This document shows positions 1 through 8,862 of a stretch of DNA of 64,000 nucleotides, in pieces (position 1 is the stretch's first letter; every line of letters begins with the position of its first letter). The stretch spans positions 305,142 to 369,141 of the forward strand of contig JBFMDV010000005.1 in the NCBI GenBank assembly GCA_040753875.1, written 5' to 3'. The DNA is from Candidatus Zixiibacteriota bacterium (lineage in GTDB: Bacteria > Zixibacteria > MSB-5A5 > GN15 > FEB-12). A model generated the notes under the pieces. It was not told the DNA's origin. It made no database searches and saw only the letters and a program-made list of their open reading frames with translations. The translations under genes and the position numbers were made by a program.

Positions 1-362
1 CAGATGAATCGATAGCTTCCCGCGCCCGGCGGCTGGAAACAGACAGTAGTCGTAAACTGATACGGGAATTTCTGCGGTGTGTAACTTATCGGGCCCTCGA
101 CCAGCGACAAGGTCAGCGTGTCGTAGGTATCCGGGTCGGTGGCGCTGATCTGGTAACACGACGAATCGCCGACACAGAGACGCCAGGTGGTATCGCCCGG
201 CAGAATCAGGGTCGGATACCAGGTGGGATCAGCCTGCGCGACCGACGTGGTAACATCGGTCGAGATCGATTGTCCGGGGGATGGCGCCGCCACGACGAAT
301 TGCGGAAAAAACAAGCAAAGAAAAATTGTCGGAAATCTAAGGAAGGAGATCAACCGCTTCAT
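1..362 (-). CDS. hypothetical secreted protein, N-terminal 120 codons (rest of gene lies beyond the left edge)
   Basis: Absent from the ORF track because it has no stop inside the window. Manual minus-strand translation from ATG 362-360 gives MKRLISFLRFPTIFLCLFFPQFVVAAPSPGQSISTDVTTSVAQADPTWYPTLILPGDTTWRLCVGDSSCYQISATDPDTYDTLTLSLVEGPISYTPQKFPYQFTTTVCFQPPGAGSYRFI, open down to base 1. The N-terminus is signal-peptide-like. GGAGGA (rc of 366-371) lies 3 nt upstream of the ATG. Confidence 0.55.
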   Translation of the reverse strand, partial: MKRLISFLRFPTIFLCLFFPQFVVAAPSPGQSISTDVTTSVAQADPTWYPTLILPGDTTWRLCVGDSSCYQISATDPDTYDTLTLSLVEGPISYTPQKFPYQFTTTVCFQPPGAGSYRFI

Positions 363-563
363 CTTTCCTCCACACACGACCGGGCTGACCGCACGTTATC
401 CCGCTGTCGGCGAAATCTATTGGCCGAGACGATGCCAAATGGAGTTGTTCGCAGGGAACTCCCCCTTTGGACTTGCAGGATTTACGATATGGGCTACCTT
501 CAGGTCGGGTAAGACCACACTGCAGTAATCAGTAGCTGCTCTAAAATCTATCGAAACCATACA

Positions 564-591
564 AATATACCGTTTTCCCCAGATTCGTCAA
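564..591 (-). promoter_or_regulatory. candidate sigma70-type promoter for the left-edge gene
   Basis: Minus strand reads TTGACG (rc of 586-591), 16-nt spacer, TATATT (rc of 564-569). This implies a ~190-nt leader to the ATG at 362. Confidence 0.35.
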
Positions 592-797
592 GTGGTTATG
601 CCATTTCGAGCCAGTGTCGACGCAAGAATTGGGCCGAAACCCAGGCGGTTATCTCGTTGGCGTCTAAGGTGCTTTTCACGCCGTCACGGCCCATTTGGTC
701 GGCCTGCTGCCCAAGCTGTGCAGAGTTCTGCGCATACTGGACCTAAGACTCCTCGGTGTATCGTTGGTGTAGACGTGGCTTTAGATGATTAGCTCCT

Positions 798-879
798 CCG
801 TTTGGGTTCGTTATGGTGCAGTAATTGAGCTAAGTACTTGGGAATCAACAACCGTTTTTGGGTTCGTTTTGTCATTTTT
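798..879 (+). repeat. two direct copies of CCGTTT(TT)GGGTTCGTT (798-812, 852-868); 858-879 is the left arm of a 22-nt inverted repeat
   Basis: Direct reading. TTGGGTTCGTTTTGTCATTTTT (858-879) matches the reverse complement of 2384-2405 with 2 mismatches. Confidence 0.7.
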
Positions 880-954
880 TGTTGCTCCGTCGTTGCCGTC
901 CTACGGACACGCCGTGCGACGCTGACGGATTTTACCACAGACGGTGGCTATTCA

Positions 955-1139
955 GTTCTTTGTAGGTCAAGACCCCTTCAGGGGCTCAAACATGGGTGGG
1001 GGTCTTGACACCTCGGGTAACAAAACCCCCTCCTTCAGAATAGTTCTTTGTAGGTCAAGACCCCTTCAGGGGCTCAAACATGGGTGGGGGTCTTGACACC
1101 TCGGGTAACAAATCGTCAAAACCCCCTCCTTCAGAATAG
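955..1139 (+). repeat. two tandem copies of an ~88-bp hairpin-containing unit (955-1043, 1044-1139); a third copy lies at 2416-2504
   Basis: The unit is GTTCTTTGTAGGTCAAGACCCCTTCAGGGGCTCAAACATGGGTGGGGGTCTTGACACCTCGGGTAACAAAACCCCCTCCTTCAGAATAG. Copy 2 carries a 7-nt insertion (AATCGTC). There is an internal 11-bp inverted repeat, GTCAAGACCCC / GGGGTCTTGAC. Confidence 0.9.
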
Positions 1140-1367
1140 CATCATCGAAGTTTTCACCTACAACTCGACGCCACGATGACAACTGGGCTGCCACGCCGCG
1201 GTTCGAGCCCTCTTGCGTCGGTTCGAGCCCCCTTGCGTCGGTTCGAGCCCTCTTGCGTCGGTTCGAGCCCCCTTGCGTCGGTTCGAGCCCCCTTGCGTCG
1301 GTTCGAGCGAAGTCGAGAACCGAACCCAGGCTAATCGCGTCTCGTCTGCGCTCGACGCGACGGAAAG
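1044..1367 (+). repeat. copy A of a duplicated ~275-325-bp non-coding module (hairpin unit + 58-nt tail + 20-bp tandem array + 3' flank)
   Basis: Near-identical by eye to 2416-2690. Both have the same tail, CATCATCGAAGTTTTCAC(C/T)TACAACTCGACGCCACGATGACAACTGGGCTGCCACGCCG. Both have the same post-array flank, GGTTCGAGCGAAGTCGAGAACCGAACCCAG..AATCGCGTCTCGTCTGCGCTCGAC.CGACGGAAAG. They differ in array copy number. Confidence 0.9.
1201..1309 (+). repeat. 20-bp head-to-tail tandem array, 5 full units plus a 9-nt partial unit
   Basis: GTTCGAGCCC(T/C)CTTGCGTCG occupies 1201-1220, 1221-1240, 1241-1260, 1261-1280 and 1281-1300, then GTTCGAGCG. Variant order is T,C,T,C,C. There are no spacers. Confidence 0.95.
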
Positions 1368-1410
1368 TGGATACTTGAAGCAACTAATAAACTGCAAGAA
1401 AATTGGCAAC

Positions 1411-1450
1411 GGCAGGGTGGCCCACCCGCTTGCGGGTGGGTTTGTGTCGG
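1411..1450 (+). repeat. 40-nt conserved hairpin motif H1 (second copy H2 at 3209-3247)
   Basis: GGCAGGGTGGCCCACCCGCTTGCGGGTGGGTTTGTGTCGG, with stem CCCACCCG / CGGGTGGG. H2 is GGCAGGTGGCCCACCCGTTCGCGGGTGGGTTCGTGTCGG. Confidence 0.85.
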
Positions 1451-1587
1451 AGGGTAACCCGGTAACACACCTATTCAGGCGTGATCTCAGACTTGCCCCG
1501 TAACCCCATCGATACTGGTACCTCCACTTTCCCCACTAAATCCCGGCAGATTCCGATTCCCTCCCCATTGATAAATAAGGGAGTTAC

Positions 1588-2710
1588 TATGCCTGCCAGT
1601 CAAAAACAGACCCGCGCCAATCGGCGCAACGCCAACAAATCCACCGGCCCCAAAACCGACGAAGGGAAAGCCGTCGCCGGCCGGAACGCCGTCAAACACG
1701 GCCACTACGCGAATACCGTCGTCATCACCTCCCCACAGATCACCGAGGATCAGGCCGAATACGATCGCCTGTTGGCCGATATCACCCGGGAACTCAAACC
1801 GGAAACGCCGCTTCAGGAGCATTTTGTCTGCAAGATCGCCAACTGTCTCTGGCGCTCCCGGCGTGCTGCCACCGCCGAAACCGCCGAAATCACTGCCCAA
1901 CTCGCCAAGGTCGATACGGAGATCGAGCAAGACGCCGAGTGGAGAGCCCGATGGCGCGGCGACGACACCTATCCCGGCATTGAAGACCTCGGCGAAACCG
2001 AGCGCGCCGCCCGCGACATCACCCTACATCAGCGCCTCATCCCCGAGGACAAAGCCGCCTACAACATTCTCCGATACGAAATGCGGCTCGACAGGCAGCT
2101 CACTCGCGCCTATCACATGTTTCTGCACCTGAAACAGCGACACCGCGTCGCCGCGCGACGACGTCTCGCACGCACGCGAAAACTCGCCGCCTCGCGTAAG
2201 TTGCTGCGCCCCAAGCTGCGTGCGGGTCGCGCACGGGCCGTCCGACCTCCCGAGATTTCCTCCAAGCCAATGGACAACATTGACATTCACGAACGTGTCG
2301 TATCCGAACGCGACATGTTGGCGATGTCTAACTCCGTATCCGCCAATTCGGTAACACCCCATTTCACGTGTCTTGACAAAAATGAAAATGACGAAACGAA
2401 CCCAATTGGCAGCCGGTTCTTTGTAGGTCAAGACCCCTTCAGGGGCTCAAACATGGGTGGGGGTCTTGACACCTCGGGTAACAAAACCCCCTCCTTCAGA
2501 ATAGCATCATCGAAGTTTTCACTTACAACTCGACGCCACGATGACAACTGGGCTGCCACGCCGTCGGTTCGAGCCGCCTTGCGTCGGTTCGAGCCCCCTT
2601 GCGTCGGTTCGAGCCCCCTTGCGTCGGTTCGAGCGAAGTCGAGAACCGAACCCAGCCCAATCGCGTCTCGTCTGCGCTCGACACGACGGAAAGAACGATG
2701 TGACTTGTAG
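1588..2710 (+). CDS. hypothetical protein with basic N-terminal motif NRRNA..STGP.T.EGK....NA.KHG; 3' end uncertain because the frame stays open through the repeat module
   Basis: ATG at 1588 is preceded by AAGGGAG (1577-1583). The N-terminus MPASQKQTRANRRNANKSTGPKTDEGKAVAGRNAVKHG resembles, from memory, a widespread uncharacterised family seen in environmental bacterial genomes. From about 2384 the frame crosses the inverted-repeat arm, the 88-bp unit and the 20-bp array before the stop at 2708-2710. Confidence 0.55.
2384..2405 (-). repeat. right arm of the 22-nt imperfect inverted repeat (partner 858-879)
   Basis: GAAAATGACGAAACGAACCCAA is the reverse complement of TTGGGTTCGTTTCGTCATTTTC, matching 858-879 at 20 of 22 positions. 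Confidence 0.7.
2416..2690 (+). repeat. copy B of the duplicated non-coding module (one 88-bp unit + tail + 3-unit array + flank)
   Basis: See 1044-1367. The sequences diverge after ...GACGGAAAG (about 2690 here, about 1367 in copy A). Confidence 0.9.
2567..2635 (+). repeat. 20-bp tandem array, 3 full units plus a partial unit
   Basis: GTTCGAGCCGCCTTGCGTCG (2567-2586), then GTTCGAGCCCCCTTGCGTCG twice (2587-2626), then GTTCGAGCG. Confidence 0.95.
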
Positions 2711-3208
2711 CAATGAGACGACCTTGTGTGGACATTCTGAAGTGCGTTGAGGGCCTGTATTGTTCGTTGTGGCGGGTCAGGTCTTGCAGCCGCAAGTTTC
2801 ATCATCGCCGCACTTCGACTCGCTCAATGCGACGACGACAGAGCGCACTTGCACTGAAGCGCGGCCGTATGACCCGCCACTTTTTCAGCAGTCCCTTTAT
2901 AGAGTGGGATTGGTGCATTTCGCGCCACGACGAGGAATCTGACCATCGACATGTGTCATTCCCGCGCACGCAGGAACCCAGCCGCAGCCAACCCCTGGAT
3001 TCCCGTTTTGTTGTTCCGGCAGTTCTTGCTCGCCCGAGACGAACAGAGATTTGCCATTACATTTCCGCACGCGCTGTCGAGGGCGAGTGTGAACTGCCGG
3101 TCAATGACCAGCCACCTATTCGGTCGGGGCATCAATTTACACCTGATATGTATGTCACCAACTATAGGCTGCAGGTCACACAACACCTTCGGCTGGGGTC
3201 GCTCATCC

Positions 3209-3247
3209 GGCAGGTGGCCCACCCGTTCGCGGGTGGGTTCGTGTCGG
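3209..3247 (+). repeat. hairpin motif H2 (copy of 1411-1450)
   Basis: Same orientation as H1. It differs at three substituted positions (two in the loop-proximal part, one in the 3' tail) plus a one-G length difference at the 5' end, and the 8-bp stem is preserved. Confidence 0.85.
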
Positions 3248-3473
3248 GTGACGCCCGACCGCACTACTGAATTCGTTAGTGCCGAGATAGACTGATATGG
3301 GAGAAGGAGAATGTGCTGGACCCAGCCTTAGGCTGGGATACAACTGGAAAGTGTGACCCTCGCGACGAATGCGGGCGCAATCCGGTCACACCAACCCCCC
3401 CCCTTGACAAAATAGGCCATAATTGCCTTCTTTCTCGGCAAGTAGAGATCGAAACAGTCATAAGGAGACCAGC

Positions 3474-5492
3474 ATGGCCAAGAGCGCCGCCAGGAGTGTC
3501 ACCAAATCCGCCGCCAGGCCGATCCAGAAGCCGGACATCAAAACCGGCTCGAAAAAGACAATCGATGTCCTGCTCGAAGAGAATCGCTTATTCAAGCCTT
3601 CCCCCGCTTTCATCAAACAAGCCAATCTGAATCACGGCTCGATTCTTAAGGCGGCTGAGGCGGACCCGGTCAAGTTCTGGGAGAGCATGGCGTCTGAGCT
3701 GGTCTGGAAGAAGAAATGGTCCAAGGCGCTTGATTGGAATCCACCGGATGCGAAGTGGTTCGTGGGGGGAAAACTGAACGTGACCGAATCCTGTCTCGAC
3801 CGTCATATCAACGAGGGAACCGGGTGCCGTCGGAACAAAGCGGCGCTTATTTGGGAAGGGGAACCGGGTGACAAGCGTGTGCTCACCTATTTCGAACTCT
3901 GGCGCCAGGTGAACAAATTCGCCAACGTGTTGAAGAAGCTCGGTGTGAAAAAAGGGGACCGGGTCGCGATCTACCTTCCGCTCATTCCGGAACTAGTGAT
4001 TTCCACTCTGGCGTGTGCGCGGATTGGGGCGGTGCATTCGGTGGTATTCGGCGGCTTCTCCCCTGAAGCGCTGCGGGAGCGAATCAACGATGCGCAAGCC
4101 AAAGTGCTGATCACCGCCGACGGCAGCTACAGGAGGGGACAGATTATTCCGCTCAAGCACGACGCCGATGTGGCACTCGCGGATTGTCCGACGATTGAGC
4201 ATTGCATCATAGTCAAGCGGGGTGACTTTTTACTGCGCGTGAAAGAGGGACGGGACCACTGGTATCACCGCCATATGCAGGAAGCGGAGAATTACTGTCC
4301 ACCGGTCTATATGGATGCCGAGGACCCACTGTTTATCCTGTACACATCGGGAACGACCGGCAAACCGAAAGGGATCGTGCATACATGCGGCGGCTATATG
4401 ACTGGCGTCTATGCGACCAGCAAATATGTGTTCGATATGAAGAACGAAGACGTGTTCTGGTGCACGGCGGATATTGGCTGGGTGACGGGGCACTCGTACG
4501 TGGTGTATGGACCGTTGGCGAATGGCGCGACACAGGTAATCTATGAGGGAGCGCCGGACTGGCCGGACCAGGATCGATTTTGGCAGATAGTGGAAGATTA
4601 TGGAGTGTCAGTCTTCTACACGGCGCCGACGGCAATCCGCGCGTTCATGAAATGGGGGCGGCAGTGGCCGGACAAGCATGACCTGAGTACGCTCCGCCTT
4701 CTCGGTTCGGTTGGCGAGCCGATCAATCCGGAAGCCTGGATGTGGTATCATGACGTTATCGGTAAAGAGAAGTGCCCCATCGTTGATACCTGGTGGCAGA
4801 CCGAGACCGGGCATATCCTGATTACACCGATACCGGGGGTAACATCGACAAAACCGGGTTCGGCGACGCGCCCGTTCCCGGGAATCAGCGCGGCGATTCT
4901 CGACGAAAAAGGAAACGAGATCAAGGAAGGGGGCGGTTTCCTGGCGATCACCAAACCGTGGCCCGGCATGCTTCGGGGAATCTGGGGAGACCGCCAGCGG
5001 TATGTCGACACTTATTGGACCAAGTGGCCGGGGGTCTATTTCCCCGGCGATGGGGCCAAGGTTGATAAGGACGGCTATTTCTGGATACTGGGGCGGGTTG
5101 ACGATGTGATCAACACCGCCGGACACCGCATTTCGACGATGGAGGTGGAGTCGGCGCTGGTGGAGCACCAGGCAGTCGCCGAAGCGGCGGTAGTAGGTGT
5201 GCCGCACGAGCTAAAGGGAGAAGGACTGGTGGCGTTTGTGACGGTCGGGTCGGCGATCAAACCGGACGACCGGCTGAATTCGCAGCTCAAAGATCATGTG
5301 GTGCGCAAAATCGGGGCGTTAGCGAAGCCCGAGAAGATCATCTTTGCGTCAGATTTGCCGAAGACCCGCTCGGGGAAGATCATGCGACGGCTGCTTCGCG
5401 ACGTGGCCACCGGCAAGGTGCTGGGGGATACAACCACGTTATCCGATCCTGAAGTAGTGGCGCGCATCAAGCGGCGGTACGAAGAGGATTGA
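3474..5492 (+). CDS. acs: acetyl-CoA synthetase (AMP-forming) with ~29-aa basic N-terminal extension
   Basis: AAGGAG (3462-3467) precedes the ATG at 3474. Adenylate-forming motifs [11 protein letters not shown] and [12 protein letters not shown] are present, and the protein is colinear with Acs from [14 protein letters not shown] onward. Confidence 0.95.
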   Translation: MAKSAARSVTKSAARPIQKPDIKTGSKKTIDVLLEENRLFKPSPAFIKQANLNHGSILKAAEADPVKFWESMASELVWKKKWSKALDWNPPDAKWFVGGKLNVTESCLDRHINEGTGCRRNKAALIWEGEPGDKRVLTYFELWRQVNKFANVLKKLGVKKGDRVAIYLPLIPELVISTLACARIGAVHSVVFGGFSPEALRERINDAQAKVLITADGSYRRGQIIPLKHDADVALADCPTIEHCIIVKRGDFLLRVKEGRDHWYHRHMQEAENYCPPVYMDAEDPLFILYTSGTTGKPKGIVHTCGGYMTGVYATSKYVFDMKNEDVFWCTADIGWVTGHSYVVYGPLANGATQVIYEGAPDWPDQDRFWQIVEDYGVSVFYTAPTAIRAFMKWGRQWPDKHDLSTLRLLGSVGEPINPEAWMWYHDVIGKEKCPIVDTWWQTETGHILITPIPGVTSTKPGSATRPFPGISAAILDEKGNEIKEGGGFLAITKPWPGMLRGIWGDRQRYVDTYWTKWPGVYFPGDGAKVDKDGYFWILGRVDDVINTAGHRISTMEVESALVEHQAVAEAAVVGVPHELKGEGLVAFVTVGSAIKPDDRLNSQLKDHVVRKIGALAKPEKIIFASDLPKTRSGKIMRRLLRDVATGKVLGDTTTLSDPEVVARIKRRYEED

Positions 5493-5667
5493 CCTGGTTT
5501 GAAAATTCCACACTGGGAGACGGGCATCCAGAACAAGGGCTGTCCCAAGAGTCGCTAAGCCAGTTGCGTCAGGTCACAACCCCGACTTCGTCGAGGTTAG
5601 GACCCGACGCAACTTCGTCAAAATTCCACGCAGTGAGGCGGGCAGCCAATACAGGTGGCCCGTTTCT

Positions 5668-6594
5668 CTATTGGACGACTTGATACGGAATGAAAAACCC
5701 GCGGATGAACTTCTTGTCCTGCGTCTCGAAGAAGGTCTGGACGAAAATGACACTGAATCGGCGAGGGACACCACTCGGCGTCTGCAGTGTGTCGACAAAG
5801 CTGTTGGTGCCGAGGCGGTTCATTGAGAACTGGCGATAACGGTCGATTCCTGGTGCAGTATACAGATGGAAATACTCGAGGTTGTTACTGCCCCTCTTTT
5901 TCGCTTCAAGGACAAGCTTTGAAGCGGCGGTGACCGTATCCAGGGACTGCAGACGAGTGAATCTCGGCAAATAGACTTTCAAGATAGTATCTATAAGCGT
6001 ATCCTGATACGAGAACGACTCGGCCTCGATGACCGATTGGTCCGGCTTGGTGACCGTGAAAATCGGAACGGGGTCAAGCTCGCCAATACCGTTGTACCCC
6101 CACAGGAGCCAACCGACAAAATCATTACTGTCATCACCCAACTTGAGGAACGCGCCGTATCGTCGAATCTCTCGGTCCTGGACCACGGTATCGGTTTCAA
6201 CGCCCGCGACTATGCGCGAGCGCTTCACGGTTAAAACGTCCTTCTGTACCAAAACAGCTTCACGCAGAAGCCCGAAATGCTCATAGATTTCTTCGCCGTT
6301 TCCAAGAAATACGTCGTACTCACGAGTCCTCGAAAGGAGCGAGTCCCGATAGTCGGCGGTGTCGGGATAAATCTTGTATGCCTCCGGCAACACCAGGCTG
6401 TCGGCGCCAAATAGAAGCTTACCTTCATAAGTCTCCTGCGCGTAGCGGATGATCTCCTCGACATCATTGACATGCGGAACATCCTTCTCCTTACACGCCA
6501 GGAGCAGAGCCAGCAGGGCCAACAGAAGCCACACCGGCCAAATCAGTATGGACAAGCGGATATTGTTCTTAGCGGCGTTTGCGTTGTTTGGCAT
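5668..6594 (-). CDS. hypothetical lipoprotein
   Basis: 308-aa ORF. The N-terminus has a hydrophobic segment ending in the lipobox LLAC ([11 protein letters not shown]). It overlaps the uvrB stop by 26 nt and is probably co-transcribed. Confidence 0.6.
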   Translation of the reverse strand: MPNNANAAKNNIRLSILIWPVWLLLALLALLLACKEKDVPHVNDVEEIIRYAQETYEGKLLFGADSLVLPEAYKIYPDTADYRDSLLSRTREYDVFLGNGEEIYEHFGLLREAVLVQKDVLTVKRSRIVAGVETDTVVQDREIRRYGAFLKLGDDSNDFVGWLLWGYNGIGELDPVPIFTVTKPDQSVIEAESFSYQDTLIDTILKVYLPRFTRLQSLDTVTAASKLVLEAKKRGSNNLEYFHLYTAPGIDRYRQFSMNRLGTNSFVDTLQTPSGVPRRFSVIFVQTFFETQDKKFIRGFFIPYQVVQ

Positions 6595-8611
6595 GCTTGA
6601 GCTCGTTCTTCAAGGTGGTGACTTCATCTCGGATCAGGATGGCGGTTTCAAAATCCAGATTCTCCGCTGATTTTTTCATCGCTCGCATCATAAACGCCAG
6701 TTGATCCTCACTCGACATCAACTCGAAATGCTCGGGCTTCTCGAACCTGGCCTCTTCGACTGTCTTGCTGTCCGCAAACGCGGTTGAGCGGATGATCTCA
6801 TCGCGGGTTTTGTAGATCGTCTCCGGGTCGATTCCGTGCGCTTCATTGTAGGTCAGTTGCTTGGCGCGGCGGCGATTGGTCTCCTCGATCGCCTTACGCA
6901 TCGAGTCGGTCACTTTGTCGGCATAGAAAATGACGGCGCCGTTCTTGTTGCGGGCCGCCCGTCCCGCTACCTGTACAAGCGACCGTTCGGACCGAAGAAA
7001 ACCCTCTTTGTCGGCATCGAGCACCGCGACCAGCGAAACCTCAGGCAGGTCGAGTCCCTCTCTGAGCAGATTGACGCCGATCAGGACATCGAACTCAGCC
7101 AAGCGGAGGTCTCTGATGATGGAGGTTCGGTCTATGGAATCGATCTCACTGTGGAGATACCGCACCCGGATGCCCATGCGAGACATGTAGTCGGTGAGGT
7201 CCTCGGCCATCCGCTTGGTCAGGGTGGTGGCGAGCACCCTTTCCCCCTGTGCCACACGCTTCCGCACTTGCTCCAGCAGATCATCAACCTGGGTGCGAAG
7301 TGCTCTCACCTCGATCACCGGGTCCAGCAATCCGGTGGGGCGAATGACCTGTTCGACTACTACCCCCTCACATTTTTCCAGTTCGTATTCAGCTGGCGTG
7401 GCGGAAACGTAGATACGTTTCTGAAGCAGATTATCGAACTCCTCGAAAAAGAGCGGTCGATTATCCAGCGCTGATGGCAACCGGAACCCATGCTCTACCA
7501 AGACCTCTTTGCGGCTTCGGTCACCCGCAAACATGCCTCGCGCCTGCGGAATCGACTGGTGGGACTCATCGATGATAGTCAGGAAATCATCGGGGAAAAA
7601 GTCGATCAGCGTCTTGGGCCGTTCCCCCGGCTGACGTCCGGTGAGATAGCGCGAGTAGTTTTCGACCCCGGTGCAGTAGCCGACTTCTTTGAGCATTTCC
7701 AGATCGTAGCGGGTTCGCATCTCCAGCCGCTGGGCTTCGAGGAGCTTATCGAGCGAGCGAAAAAGCTCCAGACGTTCCTTAAGCTCTTGTTCGATCTGGA
7801 CAATTGCGCCTTGAAGAGTCGGTTTGGAGGTGACGAAGTGCTTGGCCGGATAGATGGCCACTTTGTGCCGTTCAGCGAGAATCTCCCCCGTCAATGGGTC
7901 AATCTCGGAGATACGTTCGATGGTATCACCGAACAGCTCGACACGCAGCGCTGTCTCGCGATAGGCCGGGATGAGCTCGATGGTGTCGCCGCGAACGCGG
8001 AAATTGCCACGCGAAAAGTCAATATCGTTGCGGTTGTAGTGGATGTCGATCAGATTGCGAATGAGCTGGTCACGGTCGATATCGGTGCCGACCTGCAGGA
8101 ACAGGAGTTGCGCCTTGTATTCCTCAGGCGAGCCCAAACCGTAGATGCAAGAGACTGAAGCAACTATGATCACATCATCGCGCTCGAGGAGCGAAGCGGT
8201 GGCCCGGAGGCGGAGGCGGTCGATGTCCTCATTCATCTGCGTATCTTTTTCGATGTACGTATCGGTGGTAGGCAGGTAGGCCTCGGGCTGGTAATAGTCA
8301 TAATAGCTGATAAAAAACTCGACGGCGTTTTTCGGGAAGAACGCTTTCAACTCTCCATAAAGCTGCGCCGCGAGAGTCTTGTTGTGGGACATGACCAGAG
8401 TGGGGCGCCCGTGACGGGCGATAACGTTGGCAATAGTGAAGGTCTTGCCGGAGCCGGTCACGCCGAGAAGGGTCTGATGGGTGCGTCCCTGAACCAGACC
8501 GGCAGTGAGTTCATCAATCGCCTGTGGTTGGTCCCCCTTGGGCTCGAAACCGGCATGCAGTTCGAAATGGGCCTTTGACCCTGTGTTCAATCCGCGAGTA
8601 TCCGTGTGCAT
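6569..8611 (-). CDS. uvrB: excinuclease ABC subunit B
   Basis: 680 aa. It has GDQPQAI, the Walker A motif [10 protein letters not shown], helicase motifs, and a C-terminal UVR domain ([13 protein letters not shown]). Confidence 0.97.
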   Translation of the reverse strand: MHTDTRGLNTGSKAHFELHAGFEPKGDQPQAIDELTAGLVQGRTHQTLLGVTGSGKTFTIANVIARHGRPTLVMSHNKTLAAQLYGELKAFFPKNAVEFFISYYDYYQPEAYLPTTDTYIEKDTQMNEDIDRLRLRATASLLERDDVIIVASVSCIYGLGSPEEYKAQLLFLQVGTDIDRDQLIRNLIDIHYNRNDIDFSRGNFRVRGDTIELIPAYRETALRVELFGDTIERISEIDPLTGEILAERHKVAIYPAKHFVTSKPTLQGAIVQIEQELKERLELFRSLDKLLEAQRLEMRTRYDLEMLKEVGYCTGVENYSRYLTGRQPGERPKTLIDFFPDDFLTIIDESHQSIPQARGMFAGDRSRKEVLVEHGFRLPSALDNRPLFFEEFDNLLQKRIYVSATPAEYELEKCEGVVVEQVIRPTGLLDPVIEVRALRTQVDDLLEQVRKRVAQGERVLATTLTKRMAEDLTDYMSRMGIRVRYLHSEIDSIDRTSIIRDLRLAEFDVLIGVNLLREGLDLPEVSLVAVLDADKEGFLRSERSLVQVAGRAARNKNGAVIFYADKVTDSMRKAIEETNRRRAKQLTYNEAHGIDPETIYKTRDEIIRSTAFADSKTVEEARFEKPEHFELMSSEDQLAFMMRAMKKSAENLDFETAILIRDEVTTLKNELKHAKQRKRR

Positions 8612-8862
8612 AGGTCTGTGTATCTGACGTTCGTCGTACCCAATATAACTGAAACAATCGACCGCACAATCGCGTTCGCTTGCGGCAGACCCAGAAGTGA
8701 CCTGGTGTTCAAACGGGAACTATCCGTACCAACGCGGGTGTAACTCTTTGAATGGCTTAGCACGAGCGGAAAAAAGACCTTGACTTTGCCCGCCGAAAAC
8801 ATAGCTTAGGCGGCTCAAATATAATGGCTCGTATGGCAGAATCGTCGTCAGGAGGAAAATTG

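Noticed and set aside
1201-1309. Possible CRISPR array
   Set aside because: The units are contiguous with no spacers, the repeat is only 20 bp, and no cas genes are present.
1198-1310. GGTTCGAGCCC units as tRNA gene fragments
   Set aside because: Only the T-loop-like hexamer context matches. No acceptor, D or anticodon arms can be drawn.
1066-1409. Minus-strand ORFs translating the repeats as ARTDARGLEPTQGGSNRRK reiterations (also 2428-2805)
   Set aside because: The periodic peptide is simply the translation of the 20-bp DNA repeat. A 20-bp unit is not a multiple of 3, so the frame rotates. There is no start context, and the ORFs overlap in several frames.
858-2405. Calling the inverted-repeat-bounded segment an IS element or MITE
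   Set aside because: I see no transposase motifs and identified no target-site duplication. Only one copy is visible in the window. It is kept as a finding, not as a mobile_element feature.
2713-3295. ORFs of 185 aa and 114 aa between module B and H2
   Set aside because: They are Arg/Ser/Cys-rich with no RBS and no motifs, they overlap each other in different frames, and one ends inside hairpin motif H2.
8780-8825. TTGACT (8780-8785) and a perfect TATAAT (8820-8825) as the rplU promoter
   Set aside because: The hexamers are 34 nt apart, and no acceptable -35 lies 16-18 nt upstream of the TATAAT. I left it uncalled.
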